A DNA stretch of 64,000 bases from assembly GCA_965116795.1 (NCBI GenBank), contig OZ220716.1:224001-288000 (forward strand). Reading direction: 5' to 3'. The stretch is from Gammaproteobacteria bacterium (GTDB lineage: Bacteria > Pseudomonadota > Gammaproteobacteria > JAJFKG01). Of this stretch, positions 46,569-56,976 are shown piece after piece. Under the pieces are notes generated by a model. It had not been told where the DNA came from. It searched no databases and saw nothing but the letters and a program-made list of their open reading frames with translations. How positions within the stretch are numbered: position 1 is the first letter of the stretch; every line of letters begins with the position of its first letter. The position numbers and the translations under genes are program-made.

Positions 46569-47072
46569 TTATTTATTGGTTTTTTTACTGACGTTTTTTT
46601 GTGTTGTCGCCACATCACGACTCTGTGTTGTTTTCACTTCACTATGCCACCACTCTGCTAATGAACAACCTAACTTCTTATGCTTTAATTGAAACGCCCA
46701 AAAGTGATAACGAAATGCATAAGTTAACCCCAAACCGGTAACACCCAAGCCCAATAGAAATGCCATGATTTCACCTTGGAATGCCAAATAGATAGCATAA
46801 GCAAAACATAAAATAGCAATAGCAAAAAAGATCAATGCTATTTGTCCAAAGCTATGTTGACGTTGCTCAATTTCAGCATCGGTTAATTGATAGCGTTTCA
46901 CCGCTTCAGTAAAGTTTTCTTTACGTGTAGCTTCTTCTTTCTTAAAGGTATCTTTACCGATATCTTTGACTAGCTTAGTAGTGTCCTTTAATTCACGAAT
47001 ACCTAAAATACCTTTGATCGGTAACTTAGGTAAAAAGGTTTTACGGAACCCACCAAAAATGGACTTAAACAT
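46569..47072 (-). CDS. icmV: Dot/Icm protein IcmV
   Basis: E.F.EA..R..LT, two TM helices, AFRYHFW.FQ.K.KKLGCS..EW. Confidence 0.93.
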   Translation of the reverse strand: MFKSIFGGFRKTFLPKLPIKGILGIRELKDTTKLVKDIGKDTFKKEEATRKENFTEAVKRYQLTDAEIEQRQHSFGQIALIFFAIAILCFAYAIYLAFQGEIMAFLLGLGVTGLGLTYAFRYHFWAFQLKHKKLGCSLAEWWHSEVKTTQSRDVATTQKNVSKKTNK

Positions 47073-47359
47073 AACACCTGCTCCCTATGTGCCTAATAAT
47101 TTTCACTTACTCTATATAGAAAGACTCGAATTTAAGCAAATTTGCAATGAGAATCAATTCTTTTTTGCATTTATTTGTTCTAAAATATAGCATAACTTAG
47201 TAATTATTTTGAACAAAACCACTATAACTTAATGAAAAAAGCCTGTTTTTATATTTCAGTCATTAAACTGTTAATTTGCCAATAAAATATCCATCCATAT
47301 GCATTATTAGTAGTTGTCCGGTAAAAAAGGTGATTATCAGATTTTTTCTCTTCTTCGGC

Positions 47360-47479
47360 CGTCACTTCGCGGCTTGACCGTGGGATATAGAGAACGGCAC
47401 TCGGGATTAGAAAAATGGGATGGATATCAAAACAATAAGCACGATTCCTTGGATCCCGCGATCAAGTCGCGGGATGACG
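47360..47479. repeat. CGTC-tagged palindromic element (RPE-4/WPE-like)
   Basis: cgtcacttcgcggcttgaccgtggg ... ggatcccgcgatcaagtcgcgggatgacg. Confidence 0.8.
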
Positions 47480-47676
47480 CCCATAGGGAGGAATAGGTGC
47501 ATTACTTGTGTAGAGACCTATGGGGTAGCCACAGGATGATCACTGTCAGGAAACGGTAGAATAATAGAGCCTGACATGGTAGTTGTATATGGACAAGTCA
47601 CAAATGATGAAAGTTAAACAATTAAGATCTCAAATATAACACTATCTGCAGCAAGCCGTTATAATGTATTTTAAAT

Positions 47677-47851
47677 GTAACTATTCAGCCGATCGTTACG
47701 TTACTAAAAAACGTCAGCTTTGATTGGAGGTTGTCAGAAAATGTAACCAAAAAAGCGCAGTGTATTGGGCATACATGAGCACTTTTTAGTTACATTTTCT
47801 GGCAAGATCCACCAAAGATGGCGTTTTCCTTAATAGAGCCTGAGCAGTTAT
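47677..47851. mobile_element. Full-length GTAAC-ended palindromic element
   Basis: gtaactattcag..ctgagcagttat ends; nested IRs; central cagaaaatgtaac.aaaaa..GCAGTGTAT..ATACATGAG..ttttt.gttacattttctg hairpin; partial copies at 4510, 29670, 49786 and 61251. Confidence 0.82.
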
Positions 47852-47869
47852 TAACGTAAGGATATCAAT

Positions 47870-48319
47870 ATGCCGTCATTAGCCATGAAAGATGTTCATC
47901 AATTTTGGAAAAATTACCAAGATCCGACAATTTATCGTGTGATTGCATTTATGGAAAGTGTTGAGAATTGGACACGTGATGGTGAAACAGATTTAGAAAC
48001 CGCGTTAGACCGCTTAGGTCAGCAACTTGACACCATTGGTGACTATGCTGTTGGTGAAGAAGAAAATTTGACTAAGTTGGCTTGTCATGTACGCATGTCA
48101 CGCACGTTACGCTTAATGCAATTGCTTGATAGCGCACACCCTGGTGCCGCATCTAAATTATTAATGTATGCTGAGAAAAACAGTAAACAACGCAGTGATC
48201 CAGCTGGATTATTCTTACGTCGTAATATTGTATTTGAACGATTGCGTTTATTAGGCCGGGTATTTTCTGCTGAACGTTTAGCATTAGCATTACGTGTATT
48301 GGAGGGAGAAGATGCCTAA
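47870..48319 (+). CDS. icmW: Dot/Icm adaptor IcmW
   Basis: FW..Y.DP.IYRVI.FME.VE.WT, HPGAASKLL, FLRRNIVFERLRLL.RVF. Confidence 0.96.
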   Translation: MPSLAMKDVHQFWKNYQDPTIYRVIAFMESVENWTRDGETDLETALDRLGQQLDTIGDYAVGEEENLTKLACHVRMSRTLRLMQLLDSAHPGAASKLLMYAEKNSKQRSDPAGLFLRRNIVFERLRLLGRVFSAERLALALRVLEGEDA

Positions 48320-48731
48320 AACCATTGTTAACATACTTGTTAGTCTTTTATGTTTGATTGGGATAAGTTCTGCATTTGCCGTATCAGCCAAGAATACCAC
48401 ACCGGACTATTCGAAAATACGCCAATATATCACTCAAATTGTTAATAACAGCATCATATTGCAACAACAAAAATCTAATATCAATTTTCCACAAACGCCA
48501 TTTGCCCCATTACACACACTGATGCGACAAGGGCTCCAATCGCAAAAAGACTCAGCATTAGTCACGCCAATCAATACGCAAGTGACTCAACCCGTTCGTC
48601 AACCAATAAGCACACTTCCAACAAAAACAATTATCAAACAAACTGCGCCTGCTAAGCTAAACACAGGCATTGGCAACGTACCTGAAGACAATCAGCAAAA
48701 TGACTCAGATGGAATACAATTTAACTTCTAA
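48312..48731 (+). CDS. Secreted hypothetical protein between icmW and icmX
   Basis: Signal peptide (AFA-V); the ATG overlaps the icmW end. Confidence 0.72.
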   Translation: MPKTIVNILVSLLCLIGISSAFAVSAKNTTPDYSKIRQYITQIVNNSIILQQQKSNINFPQTPFAPLHTLMRQGLQSQKDSALVTPINTQVTQPVRQPISTLPTKTIIKQTAPAKLNTGIGNVPEDNQQNDSDGIQFNF

Positions 48732-48760
48732 TGTAATTGGAGCATGAGGTAGCCAATAAT

Positions 48761-49771
48761 ATGCGTACGTTATTTATTTACTTAAAGCAATGTTTAGTGA
48801 CAATTATTTTATTGTTAACAATCAGTACTGTTAGTATTGCACAGACAGCAAATAATAATACCAATGTTCATCCATCACTCAATTCCACAAATCAATTACT
48901 ATGGATACTACTGGATTATATTAATCGTACAGTCAATGCTTCCGTTAAAACACAAGAAAATTTACTGTATCAACCCACACCTGAACTGGAAAATACAATG
49001 TCATTAGGGACAGGGCAAGTACTTAGCCAACCTGCAACCCAGTCCATTGCCCATCAAGATTTATTAGATAGCTTGAAATTATTGACGACTACCCATAATA
49101 ATTTTAAGATTATCAAAAAAGTATCAAAACAAGTACCGATCAACACTACATTGCTTAATAAACTTGGCAAAGGGTTTGATTTAAATTCACTGATTGGTAC
49201 AACTAATTTAGATGACAAACAAATTAAAATGGCTAGGAATTACATTGCATTTGCTGGTGGTTTGGTCAAACCCTATGAAGTGATTAAACCTAAAGATTTT
49301 AAAGACGATTTGCGCAGTGTACATCGCTATAAAGTACAATTAGGGATTAATCTAGCACGTACTGCTGCTGCAATCAGTACATTATATTATTTTCTAGCTG
49401 AACGCACACCACAAGATAATTTAGGCGTATTAGCACAAATACCTGTTAATCAACAAGGACTCATTGATTTTAATAGTGATAAAGCACTCAGCAAAGTCAG
49501 CCCATTAATGATAGAAAAATATCAAGCAGAAAAACGCGCGGCTAACCCAATGTGGTATCAAAATATGGAACATGCCGAACCTGCTACATTGCAACGTGAA
49601 ACACTACATATTATGGCAAGCATTCAAAAATCATTATTTGATATGCGTATGTTAATGGAACGCCAAACAGCATTGTTAGCTTTAATGACGCTGCAACAGA
49701 ACGAAGAACAACAAGAAGAGTTATTAGAGTCTACACGAAAAGATATTTTTACTGAGAAGGCAAATGGATAA
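48761..49771 (+). CDS. icmX: Dot/Icm periplasmic protein IcmX
   Basis: Signal peptide; C-terminal W...M..A.PATLQRE..MA.I...L...ER resembles IcmX; position after icmW. Confidence 0.72.
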   Translation: MRTLFIYLKQCLVTIILLLTISTVSIAQTANNNTNVHPSLNSTNQLLWILLDYINRTVNASVKTQENLLYQPTPELENTMSLGTGQVLSQPATQSIAHQDLLDSLKLLTTTHNNFKIIKKVSKQVPINTTLLNKLGKGFDLNSLIGTTNLDDKQIKMARNYIAFAGGLVKPYEVIKPKDFKDDLRSVHRYKVQLGINLARTAAAISTLYYFLAERTPQDNLGVLAQIPVNQQGLIDFNSDKALSKVSPLMIEKYQAEKRAANPMWYQNMEHAEPATLQRETLHIMASIQKSLFDMRMLMERQTALLALMTLQQNEEQQEELLESTRKDIFTEKANG

Positions 49772-49785
49772 GCTACATTTCTTCA

Positions 49786-49820
49786 CGTTACCAAAAAACG
49801 TCAGCATTGAGTCAAGGTTA
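49786..49820. repeat. Fragment of the GTAAC-ended element (left arm)
   Basis: cgttaccaaaaaacgtcagcattgagt matches 47699 and 29692. Confidence 0.65.
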
Positions 49821-49832
49821 CATAAGCAACTA

Positions 49833-50777
49833 CTACTGTTGTAACCAACCCATATAACGCGCTACCCCCTCAGCAACTGGGAAAAAATCACTGTCATAAC
49901 CGACTTGACGTAACGCACTAATATCAGCTTGGGTAAAGCTTTGATAACATCCACGTAATCTATCTGGAAAAGGAATATAGTGTACTTTACTTTTACCATG
50001 TGCTTGGATCACCGCCTCAGCAATTGCATTAAATGGCTCAGCACGCCCAGTGCCTACATTGAAAATGCCTGATAGATTGGAGCGCTGCATAAACCACAGA
50101 TTTACATCGACAACATCGCCGACAAATACAAAATCACGTAATTGTTCACCATCACCATAACCATCACAACCAGCAAATAGTTTAGGATTCTCACCTGCAG
50201 TCAGTTGCTGATGCAAATGTAATGCAACGCTCGCCATGCCTTTTTTATGTGCTTCACGTGGACCATATACATTAAAATAACGAAATCCAACAATTTGACT
50301 GCGTGCCTTAGGTAATAATCGTCTTACGTACTGGTCAAACAATAATTTAGAATAACCATAAACATTCAACGGTTTTTCATGTGCAGGCTCTTCTACAAAT
50401 GTTTGCGAACCACCATAAATCGCTGCACTGGATGCGTATAAGAAAGGGATCGATTGATCAAGACAATAATGCAATAGTTGCTTTGAATACTCAAAATTAT
50501 TTTGCATCATATACTGTCCATCCCATTCGGTTGTCGATGAACAAGCACCTTGATGAAAAACTGCCTCAATTGGTTTAGAAGGCTTTTTACCTGACGTTAA
50601 CCAAGCAAGAAAATCGTGTTTATCAATATAATCCATGATGTGGCAATCGACTAGATTACGAAACTTCTCACCTTGTTTTAGATTGTCTACCACAACAATG
50701 TCTGTACGTCCTTGCATATTTAACCCACTGACAATGTTGCTACCAATAAATCCGGCACCACCGGTTACAATAATCAT
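49833..50777 (-). CDS. hldD: ADP-L-glycero-D-manno-heptose 6-epimerase
   Basis: [42 protein letters not shown]. Confidence 0.96.
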   Translation of the reverse strand: MIIVTGGAGFIGSNIVSGLNMQGRTDIVVVDNLKQGEKFRNLVDCHIMDYIDKHDFLAWLTSGKKPSKPIEAVFHQGACSSTTEWDGQYMMQNNFEYSKQLLHYCLDQSIPFLYASSAAIYGGSQTFVEEPAHEKPLNVYGYSKLLFDQYVRRLLPKARSQIVGFRYFNVYGPREAHKKGMASVALHLHQQLTAGENPKLFAGCDGYGDGEQLRDFVFVGDVVDVNLWFMQRSNLSGIFNVGTGRAEPFNAIAEAVIQAHGKSKVHYIPFPDRLRGCYQSFTQADISALRQVGYDSDFFPVAEGVARYMGWLQQ

Positions 50778-50790
50778 TACGAACCCCTAT

Positions 50791-52221
50791 TTATTTGCCA
50801 TTATTATTAATCGTTTCCACCATTTTTGTTGTGGAACAACCGTCAATATACGGCAAAATTTTCACTTCGCCACCATGCTCTATCACCACATCAGCACCGG
50901 CCAATTCTTCTGGTTTGTAATCACCACCCTTTACTAAGAAATCAGGTAATATTTCACTAATTAACCGTGCAGGTGTTGCTTCGCTAAACGGTACAACCCA
51001 ATCGACGACACCCAAAGCTGATAATACAGACATGCGTCGTGACAAACTATTAATGGGTCGCCCTACCCCTTTTAATTCTCTAACAGAGTCATCATCATTA
51101 ACCGCCACAATTAAACGATGTCCTAACGCCTTTGCACGCTGTAAATACGCAACGTGTCCTGCATGTAGCAAATCAAAACAACCGTTGGTCATTACGATTT
51201 TTTCACGTTGTGCTTTTGCCTTAGCAACCACATTGAGTAATTGTTCTTCGGTAACCACACCACCATCATGTTCACCGTGTGCACGCATTACCCAACGTAA
51301 TTCCGGTACAGTCACCGTGGCAGCACCTAATTTACTTACGGCAATACTACCCGCTAAATTCGCTAAACTTGCCGCATCAACTAATGAACTACCAGCAGCT
51401 AATGCAGCAGCTAATACGGAAATAACTGTGTCGCCTGCACCCGTCACATCAAATACTTCACGAGCATGTGCCGGCAAGTGCACTGCTGCAGTATGGCGTT
51501 GTACCAATGTCATCCCTTGACTACCACGCGTAATTAATAATGCATCAATATCGTGCGCTTGTAAGACATGCTGTGCTTTGTCAATTAATTCATGATCATT
51601 GTCACATCTACCAACTACTCTTTCAAATTCAGCATAATTTGGTGTGATCACACTAGCCCCACGATAATCCGCAAAATCCGTTGATTTTGGATCAACCAAT
51701 ACAAAACAATTCTGTTTACGCGCTCTACTAATTAAATCACCAATATCTGTTAGTGCACCTTTGCCATAATCAGAAATAATTAACGCGCCTGCTTTTTTCA
51801 ATTGTTTTATTGCTGCTTTAGCTACTTCCCGATGATTGTAATTTGCTTGTTGCGTCTCAAAATCAAGTCGAATCAGCTGTTGCTGTTGTGATAGTACTCG
51901 TAATTTTGTTGTGGTTGGAATAGTTGCATCAGTCACCAAATGACAATCAACATTAGCACTGTTTAATGTGCGTGTTAGATGCTTGCCAGCCTCATCAGTA
52001 CCAATTACACCAACCAAGTGAGTTTGTACGTTTAGCGATACTAAATTTAGTGCAACATTACCAGCACCACCAGGACGTTCATCACAGTCGGTAACATGTA
52101 CAACGGGCACCGGTGCTTCCGGTGAAATGCGCTTTGTGTGGCCACGCCAATAACGATCTAACATCACATCGCCAACTACTAGCACACTGGCTTGATCAAA
52201 TTCAGGGACTGTTAATGACAT
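50791..52221 (-). CDS. hldE: Bifunctional heptose kinase/adenylyltransferase
   Basis: RISPEAPVPV, DVTGAGDT, TNGCFDLLHAGH, KGGDY. Confidence 0.97.
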   Translation of the reverse strand: MSLTVPEFDQASVLVVGDVMLDRYWRGHTKRISPEAPVPVVHVTDCDERPGGAGNVALNLVSLNVQTHLVGVIGTDEAGKHLTRTLNSANVDCHLVTDATIPTTTKLRVLSQQQQLIRLDFETQQANYNHREVAKAAIKQLKKAGALIISDYGKGALTDIGDLISRARKQNCFVLVDPKSTDFADYRGASVITPNYAEFERVVGRCDNDHELIDKAQHVLQAHDIDALLITRGSQGMTLVQRHTAAVHLPAHAREVFDVTGAGDTVISVLAAALAAGSSLVDAASLANLAGSIAVSKLGAATVTVPELRWVMRAHGEHDGGVVTEEQLLNVVAKAKAQREKIVMTNGCFDLLHAGHVAYLQRAKALGHRLIVAVNDDDSVRELKGVGRPINSLSRRMSVLSALGVVDWVVPFSEATPARLISEILPDFLVKGGDYKPEELAGADVVIEHGGEVKILPYIDGCSTTKMVETINNNGK

Positions 52222-53087
52222 TATTGGTTTCCTGTAACTTCTTCGTTGGGTAACTTAATTACACTACCATTAAATATATAGTGAGCATCACCACACATTA
52301 ATATAGATTGGTTCATGCCATCGCATGATACCTGTAATTGCCCACCAGGCAAAGTTACTTGCACTTGTTCGGCTAATTTACCCCAACGCTGGCCTAGTAC
52401 GACAGCAGCACATGCACCACTGCCACACCCTAAGGTACGACCAACACCGCGTTCATACACCACGAGTTCAATATGCTGTGGATCGAGAATACGCATCTGA
52501 CTGATATTAACACCTTGACTAAACAGCGGGTGAGATACTTCATTCAACGCAGCACCGATACGATCTAACTCAGTTGGGTTAACCTGATCAACTAGCATTA
52601 CTGCATGCGGATTACCCATGGAAACAGCACCAAAGTTAATTTGATTATCAAAGATAGTCACGGTGTAATGCGATTGCTCCGTCGGTACATCCAAACCAAT
52701 TGCAGTTGGGATAAAATTAGCAACTCCCATATCTACACTAAATTGGCCATTGCTATCTCGTGTTACCTTTATCATGCCAGCTTGACAGGTTAATGTAAGC
52801 TGATTGCCAGTGATATCATCATGATCAAATAAATAACGTGCAATACAACGTACACCATTACCACATTGTTGAGCTTCACTTCCGTCTGGATTGAAAATCT
52901 TATAATGGCATGTAGTATCACGATGTTGTGCTGGTTCAATCACTAATAGCTGATCACAACCAACCCCCCTGTGTCGATCAGCTAACCAACGACGAGTGGA
53001 TAATGGCAGTGGGTAAGTCATTTGACGTTGATCAAGTAAGACAAAATCATTTCCTAATGTTTGCATTTTAACAAAAGAAAATGGCAT
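52221..53087 (-). CDS. dapF: Diaminopimelate epimerase
   Basis: GNDF, CGNG, SMGNPH, ERGVGRTLGCGSG. Confidence 0.95.
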   Translation of the reverse strand: MPFSFVKMQTLGNDFVLLDQRQMTYPLPLSTRRWLADRHRGVGCDQLLVIEPAQHRDTTCHYKIFNPDGSEAQQCGNGVRCIARYLFDHDDITGNQLTLTCQAGMIKVTRDSNGQFSVDMGVANFIPTAIGLDVPTEQSHYTVTIFDNQINFGAVSMGNPHAVMLVDQVNPTELDRIGAALNEVSHPLFSQGVNISQMRILDPQHIELVVYERGVGRTLGCGSGACAAVVLGQRWGKLAEQVQVTLPGGQLQVSCDGMNQSILMCGDAHYIFNGSVIKLPNEEVTGNQ

Positions 53088-53155
53088 AAGGGATTATTCT
53101 CCATGGATAATACTCTTTGCACTTTAAAACAAGCGTCGAGTATATTAATAATGCG

Positions 53156-54511
53156 CTAGGTTGTCTTAATATGACAGCCAGTTTCTTTAATAAATAACGT
53201 AATCACAGCAGATGCTAATAAACAAATCGGCAACACCAATAATGCAGAATTATAATCACTCAACGAATAAATTCGAGTACCGTGTAATATAGCACCATTA
53301 GAGACTACCCAATGCTTATCTAGTAGGCTGCCAATCAATGGCTGCAATATTGTACCACCCAGCATCACAAACATATTGGTAACCGCAACCGCTGTTCCAG
53401 CAAATCGATTAGGACCAATCTCTCGACCAAGGGCAAACACAATCACCTGCGCACCATAGCAAATGCCAAACAAGATAAGTAATGTATAAATTGCCATGTG
53501 TGACAAGTGTGGCACATATAACACTATACAAATAAACACAGTTGCACCGACTGAACCCCAAAATATTGGCATGCGCCGGCGTTTGATTTTATCGGATAAT
53601 GCACCAATCAACGGGCCCCCAAGAATAAAACCAAAGAAAACTGCATCAACAGCAAGTGCCGCTTGATTAGCTGAAAAACCTCTGACTTCAAAATAGGGTT
53701 TTGCCCATAATTCAGCAAACGCTGAGCTGGGTAAATATAATAAACAACCCACTGCACCCACAAACCACATTTGTGGTTTTTTGATAAAACCCCATAAACC
53801 TAACGACATATTGGACAGATCGGCACGCAATGAATGTGCTTTGGGATGCATGATTTTATCCATCGCCTGACCAACACGTGGATGAGTAAAATGACTTGGT
53901 CGATCACGTACAATAGCCCAAATGGCATAAGTCAAGACAACTCCCAATATTACACACAGAAATGTTGTGGTACGCCATCCCAACACTTCCACTAACACTG
54001 TCATCCCAGATTCACCAAAGATAGCGCCTACGCCGCCTAATGCAGAAGTTAATCCAGCAATCATAGCAAATCGCTCTGGTGGTAACCAAATTGATGCCAG
54101 TTTTAATACGCCAACATACGCAAATGCTGATCCAAAACCCACTAAAAACCGGCCTACTTCGGCAACGCTAAGAATATCACTGATTCCAAATAGTAATGTC
54201 CCACCAACACACACCAGACAGGCAAATATTAATAAACGCCGTGGACCATAACGATCAAATAACGCACCAACCGGCAATTGCATGGGGGTATATGCCCAAT
54301 AATAAAATGCAGACAGTAAACCCAAATGGGTAGCATCAACATGAAATGATTCTCGCAAACTATACGTCATCACCCCAGGAGCAATACGTAATAAATATTC
54401 ATACGTATAAAACAATGCACCAATAGCACAAATTGTCCAAGGCGAAGTAAGAAATTGTCTTAAACGTGATGTAGACATTGGTTGTTGTATATTGATCACC
54501 GTGTAATTCAC
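53156..54511 (-). CDS. MFS transporter, Pht (phagosomal transporter)-like
   Basis: About 12 TM helices; FYTYEYLLRIAP, MQLPVG.L.DRYGPRR. Confidence 0.85.
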   Translation of the reverse strand: MNYTVINIQQPMSTSRLRQFLTSPWTICAIGALFYTYEYLLRIAPGVMTYSLRESFHVDATHLGLLSAFYYWAYTPMQLPVGALFDRYGPRRLLIFACLVCVGGTLLFGISDILSVAEVGRFLVGFGSAFAYVGVLKLASIWLPPERFAMIAGLTSALGGVGAIFGESGMTVLVEVLGWRTTTFLCVILGVVLTYAIWAIVRDRPSHFTHPRVGQAMDKIMHPKAHSLRADLSNMSLGLWGFIKKPQMWFVGAVGCLLYLPSSAFAELWAKPYFEVRGFSANQAALAVDAVFFGFILGGPLIGALSDKIKRRRMPIFWGSVGATVFICIVLYVPHLSHMAIYTLLILFGICYGAQVIVFALGREIGPNRFAGTAVAVTNMFVMLGGTILQPLIGSLLDKHWVVSNGAILHGTRIYSLSDYNSALLVLPICLLASAVITLFIKETGCHIKTT

Positions 54512-54695
54512 CGTATTAGAGTGTTTTCACCCTTGCTTCACTTATAGATGTTAATATGCAAGTTGCAAAGGTTAATATTCGAGTATTAACAAGCGCACTA
54601 TTCTACTACAGATCACTTTGCCGAGAAAATGAAGCACCTTTTCTGACCATGAATGAGATAACTACATTTTTATTAACACATTTTCCGATGCGTTA

Positions 54696-55136
54696 TCATA
54701 CGGAAAATGAGGAACCACAACCGCATGTGGTCGTTGCATTTGGGTTATCGATAATAAATTGTTCACCCTGAACATCGACTTTATAATCGATAGTGGCACT
54801 AACTAAGTAAGGATAACTCGCCGCATCAATGACTAATTTTACTTCGCGTAATCGTTGTGGTTGGTTCGCACCACCCTTACCCTGTTGGCCACCGTCACCA
54901 CCATCATCGTCATCGCTTTCCTCGTCAGCAACAGCTTGTGTAATAACGGTGTCATCCGGGTTAGTCACCGCTTCAAATGCAAAACCATATTGAAAACCAG
55001 AACAACCACCACCAGTAATAAACACGCGCAACATCAGAGTTAAATTCCCTTCTTCTTCAATTAGTTGACGAATCTTGCGGACTGCACTGGGTGTCAGCTT
55101 AACCGATGGGGGAATAACCGTTGTTGGGGTAGCCAT
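54696..55136 (-). CDS. erpA: Fe-S cluster insertion protein ErpA
   Basis: [33 protein letters not shown]. Confidence 0.93.
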   Translation of the reverse strand: MATPTTVIPPSVKLTPSAVRKIRQLIEEEGNLTLMLRVFITGGGCSGFQYGFAFEAVTNPDDTVITQAVADEESDDDDGGDGGQQGKGGANQPQRLREVKLVIDAASYPYLVSATIDYKVDVQGEQFIIDNPNATTTCGCGSSFSV

Positions 55137-55253
55137 AATGAGCTCATTAAATTTATATGAATTGGGTGAGAGTATACCACAATCGTTAAAATTCGATATC
55201 CTTTAGCTATAGAACGACTCTGAACTATTAATCAAATACTATCTAGGGTACTC

Positions 55254-55324
55254 TATATTCAAAGCGTTTTAAATTTATGCTTTGTTGCCTGCGCCTCGCC
55301 TAAATTTAAAACGCTTTGAGTATA
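55254..55324. mobile_element. Short (71 bp) core-deleted ERIC-like MITE
   Basis: Same TIRs as 8510; the central GGAG..TGAC hairpin is absent. Confidence 0.88.
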
Positions 55325-55394
55325 TTAGCTATCGTTATTTTAGAATAATATGCTTACAAACCAGATTAAACAACGATTAATTGGCAATAGCAAT

Positions 55395-56039
55395 ATGCAA
55401 CAATTTCTTGATTACATTTTACATATCGATGTTCATTTGCAAAGTTTATTGCAAATCACTGGTGTTTGGACATACTTTATTTTATTTCTAATCATCTTTT
55501 GCGAAACCGGCTTAGTGGTCTTGCCATTACTGCCCGGTGATTCATTATTATTTGCTGCTGGCTCATTAGCTGCTGTTTCTACTTTAAATATTCACTACCT
55601 TGCAATCAGTTTATGTATCGCAGCTATTTTGGGTGACACTGTTAACTATGCTATTGGTAACTGGATAGGACATCGAATCTTTCATCAACCCAAATCTCGG
55701 TTATTTAACCCCGCTCATTTACATAAAACACATAATTTTTACCAACGTTACGGTGGCAAAACCATTATCATTGCGCGCTTTATCCCAATTATTCGTACCT
55801 TTGCACCGTTTGTAGCAGGGATTGGAAAAATGCATTATCGACAATTTGCATTGTATAACATCATCGGTGCCATTTTGTGGGTTTATTCATTCTTATACAT
55901 CAGTTTTTATTTTGGCAACATTCCCATTGTAAAACAACATTTCTCACTTGTTATCATGGCCATCATTATTATTTCTATCATGTTGCCCATTGTGGAATAC
56001 TTACGCAGTGGAAAATTACAGCAATCGAGCACTAAGTAG
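55395..56039 (+). CDS. dedA: DedA-family membrane protein
   Basis: FCETGLVV.PLLPGDSLLF, ARFIPIIRTFAPFVAG. Confidence 0.93.
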   Translation: MQQFLDYILHIDVHLQSLLQITGVWTYFILFLIIFCETGLVVLPLLPGDSLLFAAGSLAAVSTLNIHYLAISLCIAAILGDTVNYAIGNWIGHRIFHQPKSRLFNPAHLHKTHNFYQRYGGKTIIIARFIPIIRTFAPFVAGIGKMHYRQFALYNIIGAILWVYSFLYISFYFGNIPIVKQHFSLVIMAIIIISIMLPIVEYLRSGKLQQSSTK

Positions 56040-56060
56040 TAATAGGAAAAACTAGTTAAC

Positions 56061-56483
56061 ATGCAATGGCTAATCGCAATTCATCTAATTTCTATGGTGA
56101 CCTGGTTCAGTGGTTTATTTTATTTGCCTCGATTATATGTGTACCATACGATGAGTCATGATCAAATTAGTAATGAACGGTTTAAAATCATGGAAAGAAA
56201 ACTGTTTTTTGGGATTGCAACACCTGGTGGCATTGGTACGATTATATTTGGGATGTTAGCACTGCATTTAGATATTGATAAATATTTACATGCTAACTGG
56301 ATGCATGCCAAATTAGCATTAGTATTTTTATTAGTGTTATATCATATTTATTGCGGTAAATTATTATTTGACTTTAAACACGATCGCAATCAACACAGCC
56401 ATGTATTTTACCGTTGGTTAAATGAATTTCCTGTCATCGTATTAGTAGGTGCTATCATATTGGCAATCCTCAAACCGTTTTAA
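56061..56483 (+). CDS. hemJ: Protoporphyrinogen oxidase HemJ
   Basis: HLI..VTWFSGLFYLPRL.VYH, MERKL, WMHAKL, RWLNEFP. Confidence 0.9.
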   Translation: MQWLIAIHLISMVTWFSGLFYLPRLYVYHTMSHDQISNERFKIMERKLFFGIATPGGIGTIIFGMLALHLDIDKYLHANWMHAKLALVFLLVLYHIYCGKLLFDFKHDRNQHSHVFYRWLNEFPVIVLVGAIILAILKPF

Positions 56484-56484
56484 C

Positions 56485-56670
56485 TTAATCAAGCTCCACC
56501 ATATCAAAATCTTGCTTAGTTGCCCCACAATCTGGGCAACACCAATCATCTGGAATATCATCCCAGCGGGTGCCTGGTACAATGCCTTCTTCAGGGCAAC
56601 CTTGTTCTTCATCATAAATAAAACCACATACAACACAAATATAGCGTCGATAATCAGTTGCTGATGACAT
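56485..56670 (-). CDS. Rubredoxin
   Basis: [15 protein letters not shown]. Confidence 0.95.
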   Translation of the reverse strand: MSSATDYRRYICVVCGFIYDEEQGCPEEGIVPGTRWDDIPDDWCCPDCGATKQDFDMVELD

Positions 56671-56819
56671 AACACCTCCGATAGTTATTAGATAGTGTAT
56701 GAGTATAACAACCGATTATTTTTGTTGTAAACGAAATATTATTTACAATGTTTGTTTTTTTTGTTACAACATTGACCCAGTATCGATAATACAGTAACAG
56801 AATTTGATTTTGTCTGATA

Positions 56820-56971
56820 TATACTCAAAGCGTTTTGAATTTAGGCGAGGCGGCAAGCCTTTTTATCAAAGGAGTGTATAGTGACATACATGACTTTGAT
56901 AAAAAAGCTTGTCCTGGACTTGATCCAGGAACGCAGCCAACAAAGCATAAATTTAAAACGCGAAGAGTATA
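56820..56971. mobile_element. ERIC-like MITE with a nested hairpin at 56908-56931
   Basis: TATACTC...GAGTATA; arms near-identical to 6041. Confidence 0.88.
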
Positions 56972-56976
56972 AATAC

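Noticed and set aside
47073-47360. CpxR or PmrA boxes upstream of icmV, icmW or dotD
   Set aside because: Only half-site-like GTAAA or CTTAA matches occur in AT-rich DNA, with no correctly spaced pair.
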